From positions 29,388,001-29,452,000 of the forward strand of contig OX597825.1 of NCBI GenBank assembly GCA_951406725.2: DNA of 64,000 nucleotides. Direction: 5' to 3'. Positions 62,966 to 64,000 of the stretch are shown piece by piece. Under the pieces are notes generated by a model. It did not search any database. It had not been told where the DNA came from and worked only from the letters and a program-made list of their open reading frames with translations. Origin of the DNA: Octopus vulgaris. Lineage: Eukaryota. Position 1 is the stretch's first letter. Every line of letters starts with the position of its first letter. A program made the position numbers and the translations under genes.

Positions 62966-63327
62966 TTTTACATGTCACTGTTACAGGCCATGACAATGAT
63001 TACATCTCTTGTGAACCCATAGTTTCCAAAAGATAAACTGTATGGAGGGTTTACCCATGGCTTCTTTCCTGCATATTAAATATCACCAAATGGTAGCAGA
63101 GTCCTGTTAACTTTTTTCTTCTAACTAAAACATTTCCTTTGCTCACTTTCTCTTGAGAATGCTTGATTCTAGGATTTGCTAATCTTTGATAATTCAGTTG
63201 TATTATCAAAGAATGACTCCTTGGGCTTGATTATGAATTCAGATACTTACACACACACAAACAAGAACATGCACTCACACACAAACATACATACACACAC
63301 ACACACATACAATATTTTTTTCTTTTT

Positions 63328-63578
63328 CACATCACCATATCATCACTATCACAACAATTTTCAACCTCACCACCACCACCACCTCTACCACTACCTCTAC
63401 CACCACCACCACCACCACCACCACCACCACCACCCCCGCCACCGCCGCTACCGCCGCCAACTACCACCACCACCATCACCACCACCATCACCACCACCAC
63501 CACCACCACCACCTCTGCCACTACCTCTACCACCACCACCACCCCTGCCGCCACCACTGCTGCCACCACCACCACCAT
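63328..63578. repeat. (CCA)n/(CAC)n microsatellite
   Basis: Directly visible; source of the poly-P, poly-H and poly-G ORFs. Confidence 0.95.
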
Positions 63579-64000
63579 TGTAGTCATTCAAATATTTTCA
63601 TACTCATTTTCCACACTGCGGGATAATATAAGCTTTTAAAAAATGAAAAGGTTTTGGTTCTTATCTTCTGCATATATAAACATTTTGGGGATTTATTTAA
63701 GGTTTTATGAGCAGAATTCCTATCTAATTAAACATGTTTAGAAAAAAATAAAAAAGAAAACAACTTAATTATATGATATTACATTTTTACCACATTTCTA
63801 TGAGTCACCAATCACATTAATGTTTGATCATAATTTTGCCAGCCTTGTTCATCTTTGATACGTAAAATATGGCAAAATAATAGCATATGGAGTGACAGAA
63901 CTAAAATTAGTCACAGATTCTCAGATACGACATTATACAATTGTCATACAAGCTGCAAACAGTTCTGATATGTATACATGTATATATGTGTGTGTATTTG

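Noticed and set aside
63176-63587. His/Pro-rich (extensin- or formin-like) ORF
   Set aside because: Translation of a (CCA)n microsatellite; no true start codon or splice support

Overview
AT-rich, repeat-saturated eukaryotic non-coding DNA (intergenic, or a very large intron). The SINE families and microsatellite style match what I recognise from Octopus/coleoid cephalopod genomes; this is pattern recognition, not a database result. I see no intact host protein-coding gene, and almost all ORF-track entries are microsatellite translations. Supportable content: many tRNA-derived SINEs from at least four families; decayed non-LTR retrotransposon fragments (R4/Dong-like in AAT tracts, HERO-like, RTE-like, CR1-like); two decayed mariner transposase relics; several MITEs, one with an 8-bp TSD and internal TTAGGG repeats; and long simple or compound microsatellites. 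The most interesting signals are several degenerate type-I hammerhead-ribozyme-like motifs of the Penelope-associated kind, an AAT-microsatellite landing pad used by Dong-like LINEs and a headless ~560-bp element, a 272-bp near-perfect palindrome, an inverted duplication preserving a pre-insertion empty site, a miRNA-sized hairpin, and weak micro-exon or recursive-splice-site candidates in TE-free islands. Element boundaries are approximate unless a TSD or TIR is quoted.
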